From: Eledone cirrhosa
Taxonomy: Eukaryota
Assembly: GCA_964016885.1 (NCBI GenBank)
Contig: OZ024754.1
Span: 29,946,001 to 30,010,000 of the forward strand
Reading direction: 5' to 3'
DNA: 64,000 nt
Shown piece after piece: positions 12,893-27,452 of this stretch. The position numbers were made by a program, and so were the translations under genes. Position 1 is the stretch's first letter, and each line of letters begins with the position of its first letter. The notes beneath the pieces were generated by a model. The model did no database searches and was not told where the DNA came from. It saw only the letters and a list, made by a program, of their open reading frames with translations.

Positions 12893-13834
12893 AACACTGC
12901 TCCCCACTCCTAGTAACAAACTAAGAATCAACCCTAGAATAGGAATGAGAAATGGGATGACAAATAACAAACCCCCAGGTAATAATAACCCTAGGAAGGC
13001 CCCTACCAACTCCACTAGAACCCCTAGAAGGAACAGGCCTAGAAATATCACCTGGCTTAACCCACCATTCTCATCTAATCTAGCCACTAATATCCCCAAT
13101 CGCTTCTTCTCTATCCTATCCAAACACTTCCCCCCTAACCATAGATATTACAAACTCTTTAATAAAAACAACATTAAAATCTCATTCTCCACTACACCTA
13201 ACCTAGCTAGCCACATCGCGTTCAGTAACCATCATAAGCTAAGACACTATAACTCCCACACCGCGGTACCACCACTCCTATCAAATACACAGCACCACTA
13301 CACCAATAATTACTCTAGTAGCACACCTCCCCCATTTAATCCTTCTAGCACGGACCAACTGCTTAGGTTAAATAACCCTACTCTCACTAACCGCAGAAGC
13401 AACTGCAACTGCCGGTACCCCAATGCATGCCCATTAAATGGACACTGCCTGACACCCAACATAGTCTATAGGAGCACAGTTGAGACTGCTTTGAATACCA
13501 GCTCTTATATCGGGTCTACCTCTAACCCTTTTAAGGTACGCTATAATGCGCACTCTTTTTCCTTCCGAGACCCTAGCAACAGATGTTCGACATCGCTAGC
13601 TAGGCTCATTAAAAACCTTAAATTAAACAGGTTCAACACTCACTAAAATGGGATATCGTAGCTAGGGCCCAACCGTTCAATGGACGAAGGAAATCTTGTG
13701 ATCTCTGTGTTACGGAAGCATATTACATAACTCTATCAAGACCTCTACCAATTAACGATAGAACGGAGGTAACCATTAGCTGTCAACATCGAAGGGCTAA
13801 TTCCTTCGCCAATAGAGTTTTTGACCCAACTTAG
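12893..13834 (+). pseudogene. PLE linker + GIY-YIG endonuclease, frameshifted near 13640
   Basis: ITWLNPPFS, KHFPPNHRYYKLFN, CNCRYPNACPLNGHC, IVY..YIGST..FKVRY; CDLCVTE in another frame. Confidence 0.88.
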
Positions 13835-14194
13835 TCATGTAGCCCCATCTCTAATTGTAGCTAATAAGTTAAATTGCTATGAACAACTCGATAATTATAA
13901 GTTACCTCCCCTACATTATCTCTCAATTAAATAATTTAAATACTAGCACATAACTATAAAATACACACAATCTCTAATCTCTCGAGAAGTTACTTCCCCT
14001 GAAACTACCCTCTAATTAGTAAGGTAAATATGCCCTTTGGCAACCATCTTGTTACCCATAGGCAGATCTCACACAATGCAGCCTCGACAGATGAGTACTG
14101 CTTGATTATGGCTGACAGCTGATGAAACAAAGGCACCATAGTAAATACTAATATATGGAACATTATATTATGTAACATTATTTTAATTTATATT

Positions 14195-14326
14195 CCTTTG
14201 AGTTCCGATGAGCCACTCTGTTTTTTTAAATATGTTAATTATTTTCAACTGAACCAGATCAATTATGATACATAGTCATCTGATCCAGAAATATTATACG
14301 GAGTAGCGAAACAATTGTAAACGGGC
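14195..14326 (+). ncRNA. Type I HHR with ~95-nt stem II and CCGAUGA core
   Basis: gtt-CCGATGA-gccactctgt...acggagtagc-GAAAC-aatt-GTA-aac. Confidence 0.65.
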
Positions 14327-14636
14327 ATTATTATTATTAATATTATTATTATTATTATTCTCTACATTCCTTACATCAAACTAAATATGTTGACAATCTT
14401 TTAATAATGTCTTCCTTGTGAAATTTGTGATCTTGTTTTGCTTAACTAATGAATATTTCCAGCTCTGCGCACCTAACCTCTGCATGAACCCAGCCAGCTA
14501 GCTGCTTTCTACTGCATATTGCACATTGAGCACATGCCTTTACGCTTTGGCTTCTAACTAACTCACCAATCTTTCCTCTCATATCTCCGCTACTATCTGA
14601 ATCGCTCTCTTTAAGATTGGTTACTCTTGAACTGTG

Positions 14637-14770
<134 letters not shown>

Positions 14771-14804
14771 TACATATATATATATATTCTCTCACACACA
14801 CATA

Positions 14805-15602
<798 letters not shown>

Positions 15603-15787
15603 ATATATATATAGTAATAAGAATATTTATATTTATATATGTTTGTTACAACTATACATACGGAGGGTAGTACTAAGTACTAGCCGGTTACCGGTATGAT
15701 AAAAGGCTCAATGCACATTTTCAAGTGTTTTACAGAGCCGAGATACAAAATGTTAAAACGATCAAATTTTAGTTTAGAACATTTATT

Positions 15788-15834
15788 TGCTGACAATTGT
15801 TTCTTCCAGAGGGAAGTCTGGAATCATCGGAGCA
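15788..15834 (-). ncRNA. Type I HHR with CCGAUGA core in a PLE-like tail (~15615-16450)
   Basis: tgct-CCGATGA-ttccaga cttccc tctggaa-GAAAC-aatt-GTC-agca. Confidence 0.75.
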
Positions 15835-16549
15835 TAAGGAATTTCGAAACATGTTACTAAAATCCTAGTCATTTAGAACATTTAGAGTACATAATTGTTG
15901 TTAGTGTCATAGGCATCATGTGGAGAGTCAGGAGTTAAAAAGATATTCAGCTTGAAAGAAAACAATTATAGGCAGCACTGGTTGAAAGTGTAATAGGTAT
16001 AATTAAAAAGCATAAGCAAAAAAATACAGGCAAAAAAGTTATAATCAAGGAAAATTGGTGTACAATGCAGGAGTCAATACAGTCATAAGGCATGTATGAG
16101 GAAAGAGTTATAATGCAGTTGAAATAAACATATTTCGTGTGGAGTGTTAAAGCATGTTATAATTATTATAGATGTTTAAGAGAGTGTGCAATTTATTAGA
16201 GAGGCATGTGGTGATAATGTAGCTATTTGTTATGTAAGGTGTAATGCAAAGCACGTGATAGAGTTGGATATGTGATTTTCATTTAAGTGTTTTTGTGTTG
16301 TAGTTCGTATGTATGTGTATATGTTGTTTGTAACTCAGAGCTATTAACCATGGGATTATTTTGACTCAAGAAGTCATGTATATGTGAAGGTATGTATATC
16401 TCCTCTGATAATTTGTAATTTTTTTACATTGATCTTTAACATGATATACATACCAACACATATATATATCCCAGAAACGATCGTAAAATGATGAATTTTT
16501 CAATATAAGAAACCTGTTCTTTGTTTTTATTTCATTGTTTTTATTAATT

Positions 16550-16580
<31 letters not shown>

Positions 16581-16589
16581 ATATATATT

Positions 16590-16925
16590 AAAATAACAGA
16601 TTAAAGTTTAAGCAAAGAATCGCTGCTTTCACCCTTAATGTATTATATTCGTTTTTTCCCGTTCTTTGCCAGTGAACATTTCCACGAACCAAAGTTATCG
16701 TCTTCCTGTCTTCCTCCGGTTGCAACGTTTTTTTTAAATATTTACTTCTGCGTTCACAGATTGACATTGTTAGTTTCAGAAGATCCCGTTAAGGGTGAAA
16801 GCAGCGATTCTTTGCTTAAACTTTAATCTGTTATTTTAATAAATATTTGCTCTACGGTTCTTATATATTTGATATATATTTATCCTTATCGAGCCCTCTT
16901 TGGATTTTAGTCTTCAAATTTATTT
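16590..16925 (+). mobile_element. pLTR with short inverted 5' copy and degenerate HHR (16758-16830)
   Basis: agttt-CAGAAGA-tccc gttaa gggt-GAAAgca..tgCTT-aaact; 16590-16638 inverted to 16790-16837. Confidence 0.6.
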
Positions 16926-17373
16926 TTATTACTATATATATATATAGTGTTATATAAACATCTCACAATGTAAGCTATATTTGTTTATATATTTAGTGGT
17001 CTATACACAATATACACTATAATACATACAGCGTTATATACACATTTGATATATACACAATGGATAGCACTCGTGTATAGTATTCCATCACTATGGCAAA
17101 TATTGATCTCCTGGGCTTGAAACTTCTCTCAGGGGAGTTCGTTTGAGAATCACTTTAACTATAAATATTTGAAAGAGCTGAGTGTTTTTGATTTAATCAA
17201 GAATATTGAATATTTTCTATAACAATACTGGATCGATGAAAAGTATATTTGATTAGAAATCAGATTTAAACATAGACTTGGAAGAATACAGCTAGAAATA
17301 TACACTAGAACGTTGTTTAACAGACCAACTTTTCACAAAGATATCGGGTGGATGTCATGGCCGTGTAATGTTG

Positions 17374-17430
<57 letters not shown>

Positions 17431-17486
17431 AAAGAAGAAGAAGTAGTAGTAGTAGTAGTAGTAATAGTAGTAGTAGTAAAAGAAGA

Positions 17487-17547
<61 letters not shown>

Positions 17548-17552
17548 AAAGA

Positions 17553-17625
<73 letters not shown>

Positions 17626-17630
17626 AAAGA

Positions 17631-17679
<49 letters not shown>

Positions 17680-17715
17680 ATGGTGGTGGTGGTAGTAGTA
17701 GTGGTGGTGGTAGTG

Positions 17716-17784
<69 letters not shown>

Positions 17785-17786
17785 AC

Positions 17787-17857
<71 letters not shown>

Positions 17858-17868
17858 AAGAAGAAGAT
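17374..17868. repeat. (AGT)n microsatellite with recurrent AAAAGAAG interruptions and a (GGT) patch
   Basis: Direct reading. Confidence 0.98.
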
Positions 17869-18212
17869 TATCATGGTGATCATGATGCTGAGTAGTAAAC
17901 CGACACTGATCGGGGTGGGGATGAAGAAGATAAAGAATAGAAAAACAAAAATATAATTAGTCTTTTGTTCACGTTTCTTTTTATTCGTCTTTTTTTTTAA
18001 ATTAGTTTTGAAGGCGGTGGAGGGTTAATAATATTCAATTATGGAGATGTATTATTTATAGAAACATTTCATTTACAATATACTATACCATATAACATAA
18101 ATTAACACTATTTTATGTATGTATGAGTGTGTGGTTAAGGAGTTCCCTTCGCAATAAAGTAATTCTGGGTTCAGTCTCACTACACAGCAACTTCAGCAAG
18201 ACTCTTTGGCCT

Positions 18213-19575
18213 ATTACCATCCAATGTCGTCAAACTTGACGTTGCATATCTCCTCGGCTGCTTCTCGGATTCAAGTATCGAGGGTATAGAGGAGCTTCGC
18301 CATGCCGAAGCTCCTCTATACCCTTCGCAGCGCTCCGTGCTGCACCCACACATCTCTCCTCGCTGACCTCGATTCTTGTATCCGAGCAGCAGCCGAGGAG
18401 ATATGCAACGTCAAGTTTGACGACATTAGATGGCAACAGGCAACTTTACCTGTCAGGTATCGCGGCCTTGGTCTCCGGTCCCCGATCTCGCTGGCTTTGC
18501 CGGCGTATCTTTTGTTGGTAACCTCGTGCCGTGTCCTCGTCTGCAGGGTTCTTCAAAACAGAATAGAACCCTCTGTATTCAGAGAATGTGTGGCCGCCTG
18601 TGAGACGTGGAAGCGGCTGGGACTTAGCCCAGTAGACATCCCTCCTCCTTCTCCCCCTGTAGACGTCAAGTCCCCCAAAGCACTTTGGATGCCATCCAGT
18701 GCAGCCTGGCCTCAGACAGGCTCACACGCCAGCTCGACCAGCACCGCCTTGCCTGCTTTTATGCAGCCTCCAAACCCCACAGTGGAGCCTGGCTCTATGC
18801 CCTGCCCTCCTTCTCCACTGGCACGCAGCTAGACAACAATAGCCTGCACATCGGCGTTTCCTTGAGACTCAGCCTCCGGATCTGCGAGCCACACCAATCT
18901 CGCTGCGGATCCACCGTAGATTCTTTCGGCCTCCACCCGTTTTCCTGTCGCCACAGTGCCGTCCGCCATCCACACCATGCTGCCTTCAACGAGGTCATTA
19001 AGTATGGCTTGGATGCTGCGGGCTTCCCTTCCCAGCTCGAGCCGGTGGGGCTGGACCGGGGGGACGGCAAAAGGCCAGATGGCATGACCATCTTCCCGTT
19101 CCGTGGTGAAAAACCACTCGTCTGGGATGCTACTTGCACCGACACTTTCTGTAGCCGCAGCTTGGTGCAGTCTGTGACTAACCCAGGTTCTGCTGCACGT
19201 CGGGCTAAGGAGGCCAAACTTCTCAAATACCGGTCGCTCTCCGACAGGTTTGCAGTTGTACTCCTGGCAGTGGAGACCTCTGGTGTCCTCGGCCCCAGGG
19301 CTACCTCCTTACTCACCACTATAGGCGCTGAGCTGGCCAGCCGCAGGTGTGAACCCCACGAGTTGGAGTGGCTTTTCCAACGCGTCTCCCTTGCCGTCCT
19401 CCGGGGGAACGCCTTCTCCATCCTGTCCGCCGGAGCTGTGGGGGAGCCCCATCGCGTAACATTCCATATTTCAGTATCCGTGTTCTCACATGTAGACGCA
19501 CGTCCTTTTCCATAGTGTTGTGTCCCTAAATAATGTTTATTTATAGTTACAATGTAATTTATAATCTATTGACTT
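18213..19575 (+). mobile_element. 5'-truncated CRE-clade non-LTR retrotransposon (RT thumb, Zn knuckle, restriction-like endonuclease) with inverted 5' segment
   Basis: QQATLPVRYRGLGLR; SGAWLYALP..SLRL; C..H..SC..H; GKRPDG..LVWDAT; AVETSG; FQRVSLAVLRGNA; frameshift ~18660-18690. Confidence 0.8.
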
Positions 19576-19642
19576 GTAGGTTTAATTTAGTAGGCGGAAA
19601 TTGCAGAAGACTATCTTCCCATCTCTCTCTCCCTCTCTCTCT

Positions 19643-19710
<68 letters not shown>

Positions 19711-19736
19711 TTCTTTCTCTCTACATATATATATAC

Positions 19737-19826
<90 letters not shown>

Positions 19827-19829
19827 AAA

Positions 19830-19960
19830 ATAATTGTTTCTACTTTAGGCACAAGGCCAGCAATTATCCAGTGCATTACTGGTAGTTTATTTTATCAACC
19901 CCGTAAGGATGAAAGGCAAAGTCAACCTCGGCGGGATTTGAACTCAGATCGTAAAGGGAC
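19830..19960 (-). mobile_element. SINE family A, 5'-truncated
   Basis: Reverse complement of 4555-4680. Confidence 0.85.
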
Positions 19961-20413
19961 AAGGAAAATAATGGAGACTTTCAAGTAAATAAATAGATAT
20001 TTGTAAAAGACTCCAGTTGCATTTTCAATTTCTTTTCCCCCTATTTTCACCCGTGTAGGACATGTCGTCGTTCTTTTCTTTAATAATATACCCATTTTCT
20101 ATATTTAGGCCCCTAACATTTGAATACCGTCTATAATATTCGCACATATTTACTTTTAACCGTTATTTACAGCTGTTTTCATTTTGACAGCGTTCCTGAT
20201 CAAAAGTCTCTCTCTCTCTCTCTCTCTTCCTTTTTTTCTTCTTCTTTTTTTTTCTTTCTTTTCTTCTCTTCCTTTTCCTTTTTCTCCTCTTCTTTCCTTT
20301 CTTCTATTTTCCTATCTATTTCTTACTATAGTTTTAGCACTTATATTTCTGTCATATGTAGACTTAGCACTTTCTTGTAAACAAATGCTATTATGCCTCT
20401 TATCATGTTAACT

Positions 20414-20480
20414 TATTTTATCTGATGAGAACACAATTTTTGTCCCAGGATGATTTTGTATTCGAAATGCGCATAAAACT
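20414..20480 (+). ncRNA. HHR in a pLTR-like tail; helix I imperfect
   Basis: CTGATGA-gaacacaa..ttgtattc-GAAA-tgcgc-ATA; palindromic ATGCGCAT stem III. Confidence 0.55.
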
Positions 20481-20514
20481 CGCATGGAACTCTTTTAACC
20501 ATCTTTTAATTCCT

Positions 20515-20571
<57 letters not shown>

Positions 20572-21407
20572 ATATATATACTCCCGTAAGGTTGAATAAA
20601 ACTTTAGGCAGCATTCGGCTGCGCTTTCCAGCAACGAGCCTACTCGCCGACAGACAAAAATCACAAACTTTCTCCCTTGACCACTGGCCACGTGATGATT
20701 CTTAGCCATTTTGAATTCATTTCTGGCGGGGATCATGGTAGAAGAATCTTAGTCCAGTCTGAGGTATCTCCTGATGAGTTCCGAGCCTCGTGGATTTATC
20801 CAAAAGGATGAACGAAACTGCCGGTTGGTAGAGACTGAGATTTCTGGTAAAATTTATGTGCATTTTTTCTTGTAACTTCGATTTTGTACCTAATTCCGTG
20901 TAGTTAACTATTTGTCTAGTCAATTTCTACAGGCTAGAAAGAATATTAGGTACATATAACTGCACATCGCGGAAAAAGAATATGTATCATTTGTATATTA
21001 TTTCTTCATAAGTACATTTTAAACTTGTAGCCTCGTTTAAATGATTTTTGTGTGGTTAATGTATACTGATTGGGAGAGGAAATACTGTATATATTTTATC
21101 TAATGATTCTTTGGACTTACATTTATATATATATATATATATACGTATGCATGTATGTATATCTCATAAAATATATATGTGTGTGTGTTTATGTTTGTCT
21201 GCATCTGTTTACGAACTATAATCTGGTGGTTAGACATAAAAGAGATCGATAACATAAGTACCAAACTTGAAAGAATACGTAATGGGATCGATACAGTCGA
21301 CTAAACCAATGCGTTGCCCCAGCATGGACGCAGTCTTCTAACTGCAACTAGTAACAGAATAAAATTGAATATGATATATAGAAAATAATAGAAAATAATA
21401 TAATACA

Positions 21408-21598
21408 TAACTGTTTCTACTTTAGGCACAAGGCCAACAATTACCCAGTGCATTACTGGTACTTTATTTTATCGACCCCGTAAGGATGAAAGGCAAAGTC
21501 AACCTGGGCGGGATTTGAACTCAGATTGTAAAGGGACGTAACTATGCTGGAAAGCATGGCGTCCGACCCTCTACCGATACTGCCAATACACCGCCCCA
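21408..21598 (-). mobile_element. SINE family A, full length
   Basis: Reverse complement of 42840-43027. Confidence 0.9.
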
Positions 21599-22099
21599 AT
21601 AATATAATGCATAACATTAAATTATATAACATATAACACAATATAAATGATTATGAAATATAACATAATCATTTGAAAAGATAAGGAAAGTAATTTCGGT
21701 TAAGCTAAACAATGGATGACGTAGTTATAATTACACTTGATAATATTTATTTATTTTTACTTCATAATTAGTATTATCTTTGATGTTGTTGTTGCTATTA
21801 CTGTTTTACTATTACTGTTTTACTATCATCACCATCATCATCATCATCACCATCACCATTATTATTATTACTATTATTATTATTATCATTATATTTGGAT
21901 ATAACAAAAACAAATGACAAGTGGATGTCAGTATTGTGTATGAAACTTTAAGTGACATAAAGTTACTACACCTAAACAATAGTTCTCCATATCATTTTTA
22001 TAATTGAACTAAAAGAATTAACACCTACACTTATTCTTTTCTGCAGAAGACTATTTGCATTTTTTCAGAGGTGTGATGTAGTGCACATATAGGTGTACC

Positions 22100-22903
22100 C
22101 TATATATATATGTGTGTATGTATGTATATACATATATGTGTGCGTGTGTGTGTATGTGTGTGTGCATGTGTTGAGGGCATCGTTGTGTGAATGTATGTAA
22201 GTATGCATGCACATACGCATGCACATCCATACACATACGAACATATACATACACATACATACTCAAACATATACACAATCAAACACATTCATACATACAT
22301 TCACGTGCACTCACACACACAGACTCACACACACACATATAGATTCACGCATATACATACACACATTCACACATAAAACTCACAAATACATACACACACA
22401 CTTAAACATATTCACCCACACACATTCATGCATACATTCACATGCATTGACACACACACAGACTCACACACACACATACACATACAAATATAAATACAAA
22501 TACATTCACACATATAGACATACAGACATTCACACATAATACTCAGAAATACACATACACACTGAAACATTCACTCACGCACATTAATACACACATTCAC
22601 ATGCATGCACACATATACACACACATACACATAGACATACTCACATTCACACATAAAACTCACAAATACATACACAAACACACTGAAACATTCACTCACG
22701 CACATACACATGCATTGACACAGATACACACACACACACACCTAGACACACAAACACATGCACACAAATTGTAATTAAACAATTGGAAAATGCAATATAA
22801 AATAGATTTAATAAATGCCACAACTTTGTATATTTTCTGTAAATTATTTACAATTATATTCACACACATATAAACACATACGCATTCACTCAGACATATA
22901 TAT

Positions 22904-22940
<37 letters not shown>

Positions 22941-23311
22941 CAACATACATACATACATACATACATACATACATACATAGATAGAGACACAGAATGACAC
23001 GTACAAACATCTCATACGTACACTTTCAGACACATATATACATACACTTTCACACACATACATATATACACACACATATATACACATATACACACACATA
23101 CACACTCTTTCACGCACTTACACACGATTTCACACATACACACACATACGCATACACATACACACAATTCCACACACACACGCGTCTCCTTGTATATCCA
23201 ATATTTACAACGAAGTATAAGCCTTGGGTTTCCAATTAAATTTTTTTTTTCGTTCTAATTAAAATTAACAGATTTTAATGACAAATGCCAACTGCTTTTT
23301 GTAAATTATAA

Positions 23312-23396
<85 letters not shown>

Positions 23397-23520
23397 CGTG
23401 TGTGTGTGTGTGTAAGCATGCATATCAGCTGTGCTAGGGCGAGAAATGAAATTCTAATTATATATGTGTGTGCGTGTGTGTGTAAATTATATATATGTAT
23501 GTGACTGTGAATTATGTGTA
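22100..23520. repeat. Degenerate (CA)n/(TA)n/(TG)n low-complexity block
   Basis: Direct reading. Confidence 0.9.
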
Positions 23521-23561
23521 TAAATATATATGTTGTTGCTGTCCAGTGACGTCGTCATTAC

Positions 23562-23624
<63 letters not shown>

Positions 23625-23659
23625 AGTAGTAGCGATATAATATTATTGATGAGGATGAC

Positions 23660-23916
23660 CAAATGAGGTTTATTTTTCAATATAGACCCTGGAAAGTAAC
23701 AATGCAGTCATTAATAAGAAGATATGGAATTAATGCATGCAAGATTTCACAGCTCTAGCATCACTCCTTCATAGGCTGACCAATATACTCTCATGGAATG
23801 ACAAATGAGGTTTATTTTTCAACATAGACCCTGGAAAGTAACAATGCAGTCATTAATAAGAAGAGATGGAATTAATTCATCCAAGATTTCACAGCCCTAG
23901 CATCAATCCTTCATAG
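23660..23916. repeat. ~142-bp tandem duplication of internal sequence of the MITE at 41001-41185
   Basis: caaatgaggtttatttttcaa..ccttcatag twice; reverse-complement match to 41045-41175. Confidence 0.75.
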
Positions 23917-24029
23917 TCAATATACGTATGAACATAGCAGCCCAGCCTCAGTTATTTGACTCCGAAAGAACATGGTTTTGTAATCGAATTTTTTTTTTTT
24001 CTCACCACAGAAGCATTCTTTCAGCCATA

Positions 24030-25348
24030 TCTAATATATATTTGTGAAATGGGCGGTGGTCGAAATTCAAATGTGCACGGTTAAATGGTATAGACGTGGT
24101 CGGACTGACATGAAAATTTACACTCCTATGTAAAAAGTGCCAAGAAAGCAAACAAACGAGGTTTAAAATCTCTAACTTGAAAAATGTGGTCCCTGGGGCC
24201 CCAAAACTATCACGTTCGGTGAGTTATTCCCCCTGTCTTATTTACAATTTTGTCGTATTTACAATTTCATCAACGTTCTTTCGCTGTTAACATACAGTAC
24301 CAATAATTTGAAAAATATTATTGAAAGTTTATTATAACGAAGCAGTTTCAGGAATAAGTGTAAACTATCATACAAACGTTCATAATATGCATTTTTAAAC
24401 TTGCATATCATCGACATTGCTATTTCGCTGTTAATAAACTATCATCCTTCTACATTTAACGATCATATAGTACCGTTTTATGAAATCGATTCTGCAGTGC
24501 GGTCACTGTTTTCCATCAAAAGAAATAAAACCCTTTGCGATACTTGGTTTTAGTGTCCTAAATTATCATCATCGACATTCAATTATTAGCTCCACCCACT
24601 ACACGATACGTCACGAAGGTAAATGTTTCGAAAAAATTTTAAACTGTATATCGCAACAATATATTGTTTAAAGAAATTTTTTTTCTGTTGTTAAAAACTG
24701 TAAATCTGTTTAAAAAAAATGTATTTCGCAACAATTTTTTTTCTGTTAAAAACTGTAAATAAATATTCATGTAAAAATGAAGCATAGTTTTTCTGTAAAA
24801 AACTGTAAATAAATATTTATTTTGTTCAAAAGATAAATCAAAAATCTAATTTTCTCTGTTAATATTTTAATAAATATTTATTCTAAAAATTCAATGTTTT
24901 TTCGTGTAAAAATGAAGTATGTAAGAAAATGAATATGTAAAAATCAAGCAGTAGCAGCAGCTGATGACGTGTCGTGACGTATCGTGTAGTGGGTGGAGCT
25001 AATAATTGAATGTCGATGATGATAATTTAGGACACTAAAACCAAGTATCGCCAAACCCTTAAATTGCGAAGAAGTGACGCGTGTTTTTATTTTAATTCTA
25101 ATACATGTTAACCACCACTAACAGTAAGTAGTATTTTTCAAATTGCATATCATCGACATTGCTATTTCGCTGTTAATAAACAACGCTTTTCACGTCGCTC
25201 CGCTTCTCATTGTACGCCGTCCAGCCCCAAGTGCATATTTCTATTTTTTTTCCTGAAACTGCTTCTTTATAATAAACTTTCAATAATATTTTTCAAATTA
25301 TTAACTTAATAAAAAGTGGCCCCAGGTGCAACCGGGATCAGCTGCTAG
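24030..25348 (+). mobile_element. Non-autonomous Helitron
   Basis: 5' A|TCTAATATATA; 3' hairpin ccc(a)ggt-gca-accggg, then CTAG|T; inserted at A|T, no TSD. Confidence 0.75.
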
Positions 25349-25560
25349 TAACGATATAAAAAAGAAAACGTTTAACAACTGGTGGATGATAATAGATCGT
25401 CTTCAAAGAACCATACTACATTTGTTTTATATCCATACACGTTATCTTCTCGGGTTCGGCTAAAGTTTACAACTTAGTTTATCTAACATCTGGTATTGTA
25501 TATCTTTCTTCAGATCCCTCCAACAGAAATAAGATCGAAAATGCCCTCCTTCATCCTCCA

Positions 25561-25653
<93 letters not shown>

Positions 25654-25679
25654 TATATATATATATATATATACATGTA

Positions 25680-25738
<59 letters not shown>

Positions 25739-25852
25739 TGAGACAGTAAACAAAAAACAAAACAACAACGTGGAAGCGAAGAGGTAGTACAAAATGTTAA
25801 TATTAGTTTCACACTTGAGAGTGAGGTGTGTGTGCGTGTATATATATATAAG

Positions 25853-25954
<102 letters not shown>

Positions 25955-26009
25955 ATGAAATACTGTGTGCTTCTTGCTCATAATAATTTCTATACTTTTC
26001 ATTTATATA

Positions 26010-26087
<78 letters not shown>

Positions 26088-26097
26088 TATGTATATA

Positions 26098-26662
26098 TGG
26101 TGGCTGCCAACTCGTTTTCGAGTATGGCCACTAATTTATATCCATGTAAGAGAACCCCTACCGAAACTCTGGTACAAACACTACACTTGTGACAATTATT
26201 GACACATAGTGCTGGGCCCATGGTACCATGTGACGACAAGTGCAGAGAGATCTACAGATATAAAGCAATGCCTGTGCCGTGAAGCTTTTATAGTGAGCAA
26301 AGGCACTGCACAAAGCCAGTCCCACTCTCTTAACCAAGATGATATTTACCAAAAAGAAGAACAAGTCAACATCATTGGATACCATCAGGGTTGCAGGTGT
26401 TATATCAGAGTTTTCCTTCTCCTAGAATTCTGCCTTGACAAAGGCTAAGGGGTCATCTCTCCCGGTGATTTTGGATGGCCATTGACTCTTAAGAGCTCCT
26501 TTGCCCTTTGACAGGTTTTGTTTTTAGTCCTGCAGGATGTCCAAAATCACCCTCCTCACCAAGAAACCTTGGTGGGGTTGCCAGTTTAGTCGCCAACGAC
26601 CCGACCATGAGACAGGTTGTACTGGGATACATGTTACCAGTAGCACCAACTGGTGACCTGAC
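26098..26662 (-). mobile_element. Non-coding ~560-bp interspersed element (RTE-associated 5' UTR/SINE-like), between (TA)n tracts
   Basis: Homologous to 44788-45340; contains ctaggagaaggaaaactctg, a motif I associate with RTE-type elements. Confidence 0.6.
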
Positions 26663-26698
26663 ATAAATATGTATATATGTATATATATATGTATATAT

Positions 26699-26770
<72 letters not shown>

Positions 26771-27131
26771 CTATCTGTCTCTCTCTCTCCCAGTAAATAT
26801 CTTTTCTTTTTCTAACTTTCTCCCTCTTTCTCACTATTGTTTTTTTTTTCTGCGATCCAACCCACCCACCCTCACATTCTCTCTTTTTCCTCTCTTTTTC
26901 CTCTCTCTTTCTCTATTACTCTCTCAAACACGATATTCTCTACGCCTCCTCCACATCGTTGGTTGACACATTATGTTGATGCAGTTGACACGTGACCGCT
27001 GAAAGGTCTATTAATTCAGTTAAGACCTTTTTAGATCTGTAAATCACACCATCTTTTGTATAATAACAGTTCTTCACAACAGCTATATATGTGTACACTT
27101 ATGTATATATATATATAAATACACACTTATG

Positions 27132-27212
<81 letters not shown>

Positions 27213-27452
27213 TTATATATATATATATTATATATATTTCTTTATTTACCATAAAGGCATAAAAAGAAGGGACAAATACAAAGGGGAGTTTACATAAAAT
27301 CGAGTAAAAAGGGTATAAAATGAAAATAATCGAAAACAACCTCAAAAGGGAGGGGACGTGATGGCGGTTGCACCCCCCCCCCCGAAAAAGTGTGCAATCC
27401 TTTGCCCGGGGAGCACATGGAGAAGGTGCTCCCCTCTCCTTCACTTCTTTAC

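Larger units (their letters stand above)
12662..14632 (+). mobile_element. 5'-truncated PLE (Naiad-like) with inverted 5' pLTR copy
   Basis: 12662-12892 is the reverse complement of ~14222-14455; GIY-YIG remnant lies between; (TA)n flanks. Confidence 0.9.

Noticed and set aside
17313-17895. Poly-Ser, poly-Val and poly-Tyr ORFs
   Set aside because: Translations of the (AGT)n microsatellite
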